DNA from: Candidatus Poribacteria bacterium
Lineage (GTDB): Bacteria; Poribacteria; WGA-4E; WGA-3G
Assembly (NCBI GenBank): GCA_964291315.2
Contig: OZ219750.1
Location: forward strand, 128,001 to 192,000
Length of the DNA: 64,000 bases
Direction of reading: 5' to 3'
Shown here: positions 48,743-57,920 of the stretch, piece after piece
Layout of the letters: every line of letters begins with the position of its first letter
How positions within the stretch are numbered: position 1 is the stretch's first letter
The notes under the pieces: model-generated
Told to the model about the DNA's origin: nothing
What the model saw: only the letters and a program-made list of their open reading frames with translations
The model's database searches: none
Position numbers and translations under genes: made by a program

Positions 48743-49843
48743 GTGAGTTATCTGAAAGATATTTTACCTGTTTGGGCGATATTTGGGCTACTTTTCGGGG
48801 TAGGTACCAGCAGCGTATTTGCTTTTTCTGTTCAGCCGCCACCGGTTGAGAAAACTGGAGCACCCAATGAAGGCACTTGTATGGACTGCCATGGCGGTAA
48901 TGAAATTAATGCTTCCGGTGGTTCGTTAATGTTGACAGTTCCTGAAGTCTATGAGCCGAATGAGGTATATACAATTATCGTTGATTTATCGCGTGCCGGG
49001 CAAAGCAAGTGGGGTTTTGAAATGACAGCGTTGGATACCACTGGGGTAAGGGCTGGTTCCTTCACAGCCGATGCTGCGAATACTCAGCTAACAGAATCAA
49101 ACGGTAAGCAGTATATCCAGCATACGACCGCTGGGACTTCTGTAGGCACAAACGACATGCATAGTTGGGAGTTTGAGTGGACTGCTCCTGATACCGATAT
49201 AGGACCTATCACCTTCTACGCGGCTGGAAATGCCTCCAACAATGATGGTGGTATCACCGGCGACTATATTTACACAGCGCAAGCGGAATCGACACCGCCG
49301 GTTCCTGTGGTTGCAGGGGTAACTTTGGAGATTATCGGAGATACGGCACTTTCGACAGTAGATGCCGTTGCAGGTGTGAATTATACGCTCAAAGTCACGA
49401 ATACCGGGAATATGATGGACACAGTAAGAATTGAACTTGAAGCTTCAGCAGAGACGGGCATTGAAGGTAATGTTCTTGGTAACTTGAGTGACACTTCAGT
49501 TACGCTTGAGGCAGATGCGTCTATGGAGGTTACGTTGAAAGTTGCGGGAGATGGATTAACAGAGCCCGGGGATTATGCTATTTATGTAACGGCAATCTCT
49601 GAATCGGACAGCACGATGACTGCTAGGATCACAACAACGACTACGATAGAAATGTCCGCGCCACCGACTCCGTGGGATGTTAACGACGACGGGACTGTCA
49701 ATATTCAAGACTTAGTGCTTGTCGCAAGTCAATTCGGTCAGTCTGGTGAGGCACTGAAAGGGGATATCAACCGTGATGGGACCGTAAATATCCTAGATTT
49801 AGTCGCTGTTTCCTCACATTTCGGTGAAGCTACAAATAATTAG
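48743..49843 (+). CDS. Secreted Reeler-like (choice-of-anchor V) domain + Ig-like + dockerin protein
   Basis: 'TGAPNEGTCMDCH', 'GFEMTA', 'WEFEWTAP..GPITFYAAGNASN'; dockerin 'DVNDDGTVNIQDL/DINRDGTVNILDL'; GTG start after AAGGAG. Confidence 0.82.
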   Translation: MSYLKDILPVWAIFGLLFGVGTSSVFAFSVQPPPVEKTGAPNEGTCMDCHGGNEINASGGSLMLTVPEVYEPNEVYTIIVDLSRAGQSKWGFEMTALDTTGVRAGSFTADAANTQLTESNGKQYIQHTTAGTSVGTNDMHSWEFEWTAPDTDIGPITFYAAGNASNNDGGITGDYIYTAQAESTPPVPVVAGVTLEIIGDTALSTVDAVAGVNYTLKVTNTGNMMDTVRIELEASAETGIEGNVLGNLSDTSVTLEADASMEVTLKVAGDGLTEPGDYAIYVTAISESDSTMTARITTTTTIEMSAPPTPWDVNDDGTVNIQDLVLVASQFGQSGEALKGDINRDGTVNILDLVAVSSHFGEATNN

Positions 49844-49862
49844 CGCTTAAGGGAATCTAAAA

Positions 49863-50933
49863 ATGGCATCTAAATATAGAGTTGGAATTATCGGATGTGG
49901 CGGTATAGCTAATGCGCATGCTCGGGGTTATGTGGGTGTTAAAGACACAAAAATTGTTGCTCTCGCTGACCCGGTTCAGGTGGCGCTTGACAAGTTTTCT
50001 GCCACGTATGGCGTATCGGCTGAAAATTGCTATTTGGATGCGCGCGAGATGTTGGACGCAGAACATCTGGATATTGTTAGTGTTGCTACGTGGCATCAAC
50101 TTCATGCCCCTATGACAATTGCGGCGTGTGCGCGGAGTCCGAAGGCGATACTCTGTGAGAAACCGATGGGCGTGAGTCTGGGTGAATGTGATGAAATGCT
50201 GGTCGCTGCGAGGCGGAACGATGTAAAGCTTGTGATTGGGCATCAACGCCGTTTCAATTCTGCTTGGACGGATGCTCGGAACCTGATTGCTGAGGGCGCG
50301 ATTGGTGCCCCGCGCCAGATTGTCTGTCACGGTGGACAAGGTTTATTGAACGACTGCTCACATCTTTTTGATATGATGCGATATGTCGTCAGCGATCCAG
50401 ACCCGGCATGGGTTATCGGTAACGTTGAACGAAAAACCGATCGTTACGAGCGTGGTATTCAGATTGAGGATCGGAGTGCGGGGATCGTCGGTTTTTCGAA
50501 CGGCTGTATCGGTATGCTCTTGCAGGAGATAGGCAGGCAGAACTATCAAGGCGGTATTGTTTACGGGACAGACGGCATTGCCGATGTAACAGAAGGACGG
50601 GTTCGTCTTCTGAATAATAAGACTACGGACTGGGAAGAACGTCCCTCTGATGGGAGGAACCAACATGTTGCGCAAGCGGCTGAGTTGGTTGAATGGATTG
50701 AAGGCGGCCCAGAGCATCGCGGTGAAGCGAAACATGGACGTGCTGCGGTTGAGATCATCATGGCTATCTATGAGTCTGCGCGGATGCACGAAGTTGTCCA
50801 GTTGCCGCTCCGGACGCATGCGAATCCGCTAGATTGGATGATTGATCAAGGGGATTTGCCAGTTGAGCGTCCGGGGCGTTATGACATTCGTGCGTTTCTG
50901 TTACGCGGTGAGTCTATGGAGCCTGAAGCGTGA
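49863..50933 (+). CDS. Gfo/Idh/MocA oxidoreductase
   Basis: IIGCGGIA, CEKPM, GHQRRF. Confidence 0.92.
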   Translation: MASKYRVGIIGCGGIANAHARGYVGVKDTKIVALADPVQVALDKFSATYGVSAENCYLDAREMLDAEHLDIVSVATWHQLHAPMTIAACARSPKAILCEKPMGVSLGECDEMLVAARRNDVKLVIGHQRRFNSAWTDARNLIAEGAIGAPRQIVCHGGQGLLNDCSHLFDMMRYVVSDPDPAWVIGNVERKTDRYERGIQIEDRSAGIVGFSNGCIGMLLQEIGRQNYQGGIVYGTDGIADVTEGRVRLLNNKTTDWEERPSDGRNQHVAQAAELVEWIEGGPEHRGEAKHGRAAVEIIMAIYESARMHEVVQLPLRTHANPLDWMIDQGDLPVERPGRYDIRAFLLRGESMEPEA

Positions 50934-50960
50934 GAAGCGCTTACAAACGTTTAGAGAGCT

Positions 50961-52196
50961 ATGCAGATTACACAAGGTTTTACGGTTGGCTTAGCAGCGA
51001 TACGGCGTAACAAATTGCGTTCTGTGCTAACGACGCTCGGCATTATCATCGGTATAGCGGCGGTTGTGTCTGTTATTTCTGTTGGTGGTGGTGCAAAGCA
51101 TCTGATACTCGCTGAATTAGAACGGATCGGCGGTGCGGGCCTGATCATCTGTTTCAGGAAGGGGGAGTTTCGCAGAGAAGACGGCTCGTATGTGGAAAAT
51201 AAGCATCCAGAGTATATTGAGTATGAAGATCTCGATTTTCTCCTTGATAACTGTCCTTCTCTTAAAGGGGCTACAGCCTTGTCGGAAATTAATCTCAACG
51301 TATCGCACAAGCGCGTCAATCAGTCCCTTCAGATTCAAGGGGTTACGCCCTACTACGAAGATGTTAATAATTGGTATGTCGAAACAGGTAGGTTTATTAC
51401 ACAGATCGATATGGAACGGAGAGAACCTGTCTGTGTCATCGGTTCTGAAGTCAAGAAAGACCTATTTGAAAGTGCGGATCCGCTTGGCCGTCAGCTCAGA
51501 TTAGGAGAGGAGCGCTTTACTGTTATCGGGGTCATGGAGGAAAAAGGGAATAGTATAGCGAGCGAAGGGTGGGATAGCCGTGTGATTATTCCACTGACCA
51601 CAATGGAGATTCGCTTTATTGGACAACAGAAGGATTGGCTTATTTTATGGGCGCAAGCCGAGAGTTATGAAAAGGTCGATCAAGCTGTGGCTGAAATCAA
51701 AATAGCGATGCGGCAACAACATGGAGATGAAAAATATTTTGAATTTTTCACTGCAAAAGAGATTATAAAACAGGTGGGCGAGGTGAGTCGGATTATTCAG
51801 ATGCTCCTCGGGGGCGTTGCTAGTGTTGCCTTGTTTGTGGGTGGTATCGGTATCATGAACATCATGTTAGTTTCGGTAACCGAGCGGACTCGTGAGATTG
51901 GTTTGCGCAAAGCTATTGGAGCGAGGCGGCGCGATATTCTGATTCAGTTTTTAATTGAAGCGATTGTTTTAAGCGTTTGCGGCGGCCTCATCGGTATTTT
52001 CATTGGAAGTAGCCTTACTTCTGTTTCGAGTCTGGTTATTTCAAATTTCGTGAAGACGGCTTGGCCTGCGGCTGTCTCTACCCAAGCGGCTTTAATCGCT
52101 TTTAGCGTCTCGGTGTTCATCGGTGTGTTTTTCGGACTCTATCCGGCGAACAAAGCTTCGGGTCTAACTCCTACGGAAGCGCTGCGTCATGAATAG
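50961..52196 (+). CDS. MacB/FtsX-family ABC permease
   Basis: 'RSVLTTLGIIIG', 'GGIGIMNIMLVSVTERTREIGLRKAIGA'. Confidence 0.92.
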   Translation: MQITQGFTVGLAAIRRNKLRSVLTTLGIIIGIAAVVSVISVGGGAKHLILAELERIGGAGLIICFRKGEFRREDGSYVENKHPEYIEYEDLDFLLDNCPSLKGATALSEINLNVSHKRVNQSLQIQGVTPYYEDVNNWYVETGRFITQIDMERREPVCVIGSEVKKDLFESADPLGRQLRLGEERFTVIGVMEEKGNSIASEGWDSRVIIPLTTMEIRFIGQQKDWLILWAQAESYEKVDQAVAEIKIAMRQQHGDEKYFEFFTAKEIIKQVGEVSRIIQMLLGGVASVALFVGGIGIMNIMLVSVTERTREIGLRKAIGARRRDILIQFLIEAIVLSVCGGLIGIFIGSSLTSVSSLVISNFVKTAWPAAVSTQAALIAFSVSVFIGVFFGLYPANKASGLTPTEALRHE

Positions 52197-52295
52197 GGTT
52201 TCTTGATCCAAACTTTCCAAACCGAGGGTGTTGTAATAGACTTAGATAGTAGGTTTTGGTTGTGATCTACCTGCAAAAACGAAGGAGCATGTGCT

Positions 52296-53342
52296 GTGTC
52301 GAATCAGAAAACGAAAGTCCGCGCCGCTGTTGTTGGTCTCGGTTGGCCCGGAATTCAACATCTCAAAGGCTATATTTCTGATCCACGTTCGGAGGTCATT
52401 GCTGTTTGTGACTTGGATAAGGGGCGCGCCCGGGAGGTTGCCAAGGAATATGAAGTCCGGCGTGTGTATACGGATCATCTGAAACTGTTGGAAAACAGCA
52501 ATGTTGATGCTGTTAGTATCTGTCTGCCCAATTTTCTACACGCTCCTATTTCAGTTGATGCGTTAAACGCTGGCAAACATGTGCTTTGTGAGAAACCGCC
52601 TGCTCGGAATGCGCAAGAAGCATTGGTTATGGCTGATGCAGCGCGCGAAAATGATAAGACGTTAATGTATGCTCTTGTGCAACGTTTTGATGGCAGCACG
52701 CAACGGGTTAAACAGTTGGTAAGAGCGGGGAAACTCGGGGAAATTTACTTTGGCAAAGCAGGTTATGTTCGGCGGCGCGGTGTACCTGTCGGTAGAGAAG
52801 GCTGGTTTGTTGATAAAGAACGCGCGGGGGGTGGTGCCCTGATAGATATAGGTGTTCATGCTTTGGATTGTGTTTGGTGGCTCATGAACGCCCCGAGGCC
52901 CGTGGAAGTGATGGGGACATCATATTCTCACTTTAAGCATCTCGTACCTGATGGCATTAAATATAATGTTGACGATGCGACATTCGCCCAGATTCGCTTT
53001 GAAAACGGTGCGACTATTCTCCTTGAGACCACATGGGCGCTGAATCTACCGGGCGACAATTACATTAAAGTGGCGGGCACGAAAGCGGGAGTGACACTCA
53101 GTCCTTTCACACTTTACACAGAAGAAGATGGCAAGGAGTTGGACAAACCGCTTGAGGCTCCTGCGATTAACAGTTTTCATGAAGAAGTGAGCCATTTCAT
53201 AGAGTGTATAGTTGACAGGAAAGAACCTATCTCCTCGGCAGAACAGGGCATTATGCTGATGCAGATGCTTGATGGTATTTACGAATCTGCACAGCAGGGT
53301 CGGTCTGTCCCTATTGAGGATTTAAGTGTCGCGCCCGAATGA
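52296..53342 (+). CDS. Gfo/Idh/MocA oxidoreductase
   Basis: VGLGWPG, HVLCEKP, 'GGGALIDIGVH'. Confidence 0.92.
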   Translation: MSNQKTKVRAAVVGLGWPGIQHLKGYISDPRSEVIAVCDLDKGRAREVAKEYEVRRVYTDHLKLLENSNVDAVSICLPNFLHAPISVDALNAGKHVLCEKPPARNAQEALVMADAARENDKTLMYALVQRFDGSTQRVKQLVRAGKLGEIYFGKAGYVRRRGVPVGREGWFVDKERAGGGALIDIGVHALDCVWWLMNAPRPVEVMGTSYSHFKHLVPDGIKYNVDDATFAQIRFENGATILLETTWALNLPGDNYIKVAGTKAGVTLSPFTLYTEEDGKELDKPLEAPAINSFHEEVSHFIECIVDRKEPISSAEQGIMLMQMLDGIYESAQQGRSVPIEDLSVAPE

Positions 53343-54154
53343 AGTCTCTCTGTTTGAGCTTGTATGTCTATCTGGCATTCGCAGAGAAATCTTTCCAAAA
53401 GCGGATGCAATATCGGGTTGCTAATCTTGCGGGTTTAACTACCAATTTCTTTTTTTTGCTGGTACAAATTTTTGTCTATACTGCCTTCTACGCCGCCCGT
53501 ACCGGTCCCCAACCTCTCAATCTTGACGAAATTATCACCTATTTCGTTCTTTGTCAGGTTTCGTTTATGCTTATGCCGTTTTGGGGTGCTCGTTCTGAGA
53601 TTACGAGTGCTATTAAAAGCGGCGATGTCGTGCTCCAATTAACCAAACCGGTTGATTTCCAGGCATATTGGTTCGCTCATGAATGTGGTAGAGCCTACTA
53701 CTACTTATTCATGCGGGGATTCCCGACTTTTCTTATCAGTATTTTCTTTTTTAAGGTCTCGATTCCACAGCAGCCTGCTGTCTTAATAACATTTGCAATT
53801 TCAATGATGCTCTCCATTTTCATGAGTATTGCAATTACTATCATGATTTTTAGCAGCGCGTTCTGGACGCTTGATACAACGGGGGTTTCTGGAACGTCTT
53901 ATTCCATAATTACCTTCTTTTCTGGAATGTTGGTTCCGATTCCACTGTGGCCGGAAGGGTTAGCACAGATCGCAAGATGGCTACCGTTCGAGGGTTTGAT
54001 TGATGTCCCGTTTAGTATCTATTTAGTTAAGATTAGAGGTGTTGAGGTATGGTTTGCTATAGGTAGACAAGTAGTGTGGACTCTCTTTTTTCTTGGATTG
54101 GGACGTATCCTTTTAAGTCGAGGGTTTTCGCGCTTGGTTATACAGGGCGGTTAG
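53339..54154 (+). CDS. ABC-2 family permease (DUF990-type)
   Basis: 'YRVAN', 'IKSGDV..LTKPVD', terminal QGG. Confidence 0.85.
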   Translation: MKSLCLSLYVYLAFAEKSFQKRMQYRVANLAGLTTNFFFLLVQIFVYTAFYAARTGPQPLNLDEIITYFVLCQVSFMLMPFWGARSEITSAIKSGDVVLQLTKPVDFQAYWFAHECGRAYYYLFMRGFPTFLISIFFFKVSIPQQPAVLITFAISMMLSIFMSIAITIMIFSSAFWTLDTTGVSGTSYSIITFFSGMLVPIPLWPEGLAQIARWLPFEGLIDVPFSIYLVKIRGVEVWFAIGRQVVWTLFFLGLGRILLSRGFSRLVIQGG

Positions 54155-54170
54155 TAGATATTCCGAGAAA

Positions 54171-54971
54171 ATGCGTCATCTTTCGCTCTACTTCCAGTTC
54201 GTCAAACTCCGTATTCGGTCGCAGATGGAATATCGGTTTTCATTCGCCCTTGATTTGTTCTCTCAAGCGAGTGTCTCTGTCATAGATTTTTTCATGATTG
54301 CCCTTCTGTTTAACCGTTTCAAACAGCTAGCAGGCTGGAGTCTATGGGAGGTTGGGTTTCTGTATGGTATGATAGGTATCTGTTTTGCCCTTGCTGAAAT
54401 GATGGGGAGAGGCTTTGATGCTTTTCAGAGAAGTATTGTACTCGGTGATTTTGATACGGTTCTTATCCGTCCGCTTGGCACCTTCTATCAAGTTTTTGCG
54501 CATGAATTTTTGCTGCGTCGGTTAGGGAGAGTCGCACAAGCACTGGTTGTGTTGCTGATTGCCAATTCACAATTAAGCGTCCAGTGGACGTTTATCAAGA
54601 CAGGATATCTGTTGATTTCCCTAATGAGCGGGACCTGCTTTTTCATAGGGCTCTTCGTGATCGCTGCAACGTCCTGTTTTTGGACTGTCCAATCGATTGA
54701 GATCATCAATGTTTTCACACATGGCGGCGTTTTCATGGGTAGTTATCCGTTTTCTATCTATAGATGGTGGTTCCGGCACTTCTTTACCTTTATTGTTCCT
54801 CTGGCGTGTGTTAACTATTTTCCGTCCCTTTTTCTTCTGGAAAAAGTTGGAATGTCAGGTGTTTCACAGGTGGGTTTGCAATTAGCGCCTTTTGCAGGTT
54901 TCCTCTTTCTCGGTATCACTGTACTATTCTGGAGATGGGGTGTGTTGCACTATCAGAGTACAGGGCATTAG
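54171..54971 (+). CDS. ABC-2 family permease (DUF990-type)
   Basis: 'MEYR', 'GDFDTVLIRP', 'YPFSIY', 'YQSTGH'. Confidence 0.85.
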   Translation: MRHLSLYFQFVKLRIRSQMEYRFSFALDLFSQASVSVIDFFMIALLFNRFKQLAGWSLWEVGFLYGMIGICFALAEMMGRGFDAFQRSIVLGDFDTVLIRPLGTFYQVFAHEFLLRRLGRVAQALVVLLIANSQLSVQWTFIKTGYLLISLMSGTCFFIGLFVIAATSCFWTVQSIEIINVFTHGGVFMGSYPFSIYRWWFRHFFTFIVPLACVNYFPSLFLLEKVGMSGVSQVGLQLAPFAGFLFLGITVLFWRWGVLHYQSTGH

Positions 54972-55079
54972 AATAGTTATACATGTCAATTTTAAGTGCA
55001 AGTCGATGGATAGTAACGCTTAAAGTATTTTTTTTAGCTTGATAATTTGCTATAGGATGGAAGGGCAGAGAGGACGGCG

Positions 55080-56096
55080 ATGATCGAAGTTGATAACCTG
55101 AGCAAAACCTTTAAAGTGTATCATCACCGCAAAGGATTTTTCGGAAGTTTTGTGAATATCTTTTCTCGCAGGCATCGCATAGTGCAAGCGGTGGACAAAA
55201 TTTCTTTTAGCGTAGCGCGTGGTGAAATCGTTGGATATTTGGGACCTAACGGTGCTGGGAAGTCAACGACTATCAAGATGTTGACCGGTATTTTGGTGCC
55301 TTCGTCGGGAAGTGTGATTGTGAACGGTTACATTCCACATCGGCAGCGGAAGCAAAATGCTAAGCAGATTGGGGTTGTGTTTGGCCAACGCTCACATCTA
55401 TGGTTCGATTTACCAGTTCAGGAATCGTTTGAGTTGCTACAGCGTATCTATCGCATTAGAGAAACCCAATACCGCGCCAATGTGGAAATGTTCGAGGAAT
55501 TGCTAAATCTTGGGGATTTTTTCCAGACCCCTGTCCGCCAGTTGAGTCTCGGTCAGCGGATGCGTGCAGACATTGCCGCTGCGCTGCTCCACAATCCAGA
55601 CGTGCTGTTTCTTGACGAACCGACTATTGGGTTGGATGTAGTTGCAAAGGCGCGTATCCGACAGTTTATCCAAAAGATTAACGAAGAGCGAAAAGTCACG
55701 GTTGTATTGACAACACATGATTTAGACGATGTTGAGAAGTTGTGCAAGCGCGTTATCCTCATCGATAATGCCCGTCTCTGTTTTGATGGGGAACTTGCTA
55801 CGTTGCGCCGGTTGCTTTCAACGGAACGTTTTTTGAACGTCGATTATGCGGATGTCTATGCGGACGTTAGCGTCCGGAACGCGGATGTTGTGTATCAGGA
55901 GGGTGCTCGCGTGCAGTATCGATTTTCGCCAGAGGAGGTTAGTGCAGCGGATCTCATCGGGGCGATCCTCAAAAAATTCAAGATTGTGGATATATCGATC
56001 CAGGATCCTGATATTGAGGACTTGATCAAAACTGTATATGAGGATAATCTTGCGCTTGAGCGTAAATTGGTAGAACAGGTCTCTCCAGACCTATAA
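55080..56096 (+). CDS. ABC transporter ATP-binding protein
   Basis: GPNGAGKST, LSLGQRMR, LDEPTIGLD. Confidence 0.93.
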   Translation: MIEVDNLSKTFKVYHHRKGFFGSFVNIFSRRHRIVQAVDKISFSVARGEIVGYLGPNGAGKSTTIKMLTGILVPSSGSVIVNGYIPHRQRKQNAKQIGVVFGQRSHLWFDLPVQESFELLQRIYRIRETQYRANVEMFEELLNLGDFFQTPVRQLSLGQRMRADIAAALLHNPDVLFLDEPTIGLDVVAKARIRQFIQKINEERKVTVVLTTHDLDDVEKLCKRVILIDNARLCFDGELATLRRLLSTERFLNVDYADVYADVSVRNADVVYQEGARVQYRFSPEEVSAADLIGAILKKFKIVDISIQDPDIEDLIKTVYEDNLALERKLVEQVSPDL

Positions 56097-56108
56097 AATG
56101 AGATTGCC

Positions 56109-56138
56109 TTGACAAATAGAAAAGCGGCAGAGTATACT
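56109..56138 (+). promoter_or_regulatory. Sigma70 promoter
   Basis: TTGACA-N18-TATACT. Confidence 0.7.
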
Positions 56139-56187
56139 ATATAAAGGTTTACACAAGATATATCTGAAAGTAAAAGGAGCAATAAAA

Positions 56188-56952
56188 ATGGATTTAAGAG
56201 TTGTGATCGCGATGTGCATCCTCGGTGTTCTTCTTACAACTCTCTATGTTGTAAGCCCCGCCGATGCGCAAGATTTTGTAACAGACGGGCTTGTTGCTAT
56301 GTATACCCTCAACGAGGCAGATATTGATGGTGAAGTTGTCAAGGATGTCTTTGCAGGCAACGATGCAAAACTCGTAGGTAGGCTCACATCTGTTAAGGGG
56401 GGGGTACTTGGAGAGGCCTTGGAGTTTGAAGGGAAACCGGATAACTATGTCGAAATTCCGGCCCTCGGCGAGTTTGAGTACGTTACCATTGAATGTTATG
56501 CCTTAGAAGGACAGTTCGGAGGCATTCAAGGAATCGTGTCGACATGGCAGTGGGAAGCTGGTAAGGTTCACTTCAAATTTGAGGGAAACCAAATCCAGGT
56601 CCATAAGAACGATGGCGTCAAGATCGCCTTCAACGCTGAGAGCGAAGAGTGGTATCACATCGTTTACACCAGTAATACCAAAGATGATGAGCTTAAGCTC
56701 TATGTTGATGGTGAGCTAGTTGATGAAGGGACTGCTGGTGCTGCTCCTGAAAAGATGGATGAACGCAGGATCGGCAGTGAACACGATGGTAGATACCTGA
56801 TCGGTATGATGGATAATGTCCGTATTTACGATCGGATTCTGGATGAAGATGAAGTTAAGCAGAATTTTGACTCGCAAAGCGATCAGTTGCCTGTTGAACC
56901 TGCTGGGAAACTTTCTGCTACTTGGGGGTACCTCAAGGGTTTAAGAGATTAA
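56188..56952 (+). CDS. Secreted LamG-like jellyroll protein with KLxxTWxxLK tail
   Basis: 'GEALEFEG', 'WYHIVYT', 'LYVDGEL', 'GMMDNVRIYDRIL'; ends VEPAGKLSATWGYLK. Confidence 0.85.
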   Translation: MDLRVVIAMCILGVLLTTLYVVSPADAQDFVTDGLVAMYTLNEADIDGEVVKDVFAGNDAKLVGRLTSVKGGVLGEALEFEGKPDNYVEIPALGEFEYVTIECYALEGQFGGIQGIVSTWQWEAGKVHFKFEGNQIQVHKNDGVKIAFNAESEEWYHIVYTSNTKDDELKLYVDGELVDEGTAGAAPEKMDERRIGSEHDGRYLIGMMDNVRIYDRILDEDEVKQNFDSQSDQLPVEPAGKLSATWGYLKGLRD

Positions 56953-56959
56953 GAACTGC

Positions 56960-57877
56960 ATGCGACGGCAACGGGTTCGGAAGGCCATCATTCCTATTGC
57001 TGGGTATGGGACACGCCTTTTTCCGGCGACGAAAGCTGTGCCGAAAGCGCTTTTCCCGATTATCGCTCAAGACGGTTTCGCAAAGCCGGTTATTCAGCTG
57101 ATTATTGAGGAGGTGCTGACAGCCGGTGTGGAAGAGGTGTGTCTCGTTGCTCAGCCCCAACAGGTTGGATCGATCTCCGATTATTTTTCTGAAGTCGTTG
57201 CAGATACAATTCGCGAAAACGCGGAATTGGGAGTGCAGGCGGATCGTCTGAAGGAAATAGGCGAGCGGTTGCACTTCGCAATACAAGAGGTCCCCCAAGG
57301 ATTTGGGCATGCTGTCTATTGTGCTAGAGATTTCGCCGCTGGTGAACCGGTTATAATCCTGCTCGGAGACCATCTCTATATTTCAGAATCTCAAGTCTCT
57401 TGTGCTAAACAAGTAACAGATATCTACGAGCAGGTTGGTCTGTCTATCACGAGTCTTGATCTCTGCCTTGAGAGCGATCTTTCACGCAACGGTGTTGTTC
57501 ACGGAAACCCTTCCATTGAATCTCCAAGACACTATACATTGTCACAAATTTCCGAAAAACCCACGGTCGATTTTGCGCAAAAACATTTGCGGGTAGAAGG
57601 CATCCCTGAACGGCAGTATCTCTGCAACTTCGGTATCGACCTCCTTACGCCCCTCCTCTTTGATATTCTGGATTATAACCACAAGCACCAGATCCTGACG
57701 CACGGAGAGATTCAACTTCGGGATGCAATGAATGAAATGATAAGACAAGAAGGCATGTACGGCTATCGAGTTGCCGGGCAGCGTTACGATACTGGCAACC
57801 CGCAGGAGCTCCTCAGGAGCGTCAATGCGTTTGGACTGCAAAGTCCGTATCGGGAAGTGTTTGAGAATCAAAATTAG
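56960..57877 (+). CDS. galU: UTP-glucose-1-phosphate uridylyltransferase-like
   Basis: 'KAIIPIAGYGTRLFPATKAVPK', 'GFGHAV', 'EKP', 'GEIQLRDA', 'RYDTG'. Confidence 0.8.
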   Translation: MRRQRVRKAIIPIAGYGTRLFPATKAVPKALFPIIAQDGFAKPVIQLIIEEVLTAGVEEVCLVAQPQQVGSISDYFSEVVADTIRENAELGVQADRLKEIGERLHFAIQEVPQGFGHAVYCARDFAAGEPVIILLGDHLYISESQVSCAKQVTDIYEQVGLSITSLDLCLESDLSRNGVVHGNPSIESPRHYTLSQISEKPTVDFAQKHLRVEGIPERQYLCNFGIDLLTPLLFDILDYNHKHQILTHGEIQLRDAMNEMIRQEGMYGYRVAGQRYDTGNPQELLRSVNAFGLQSPYREVFENQN

Positions 57878-57920
57878 TAAAATCAGATAGAACGTCCCGG
57901 ATTGGAAACGAGAAAACAGG

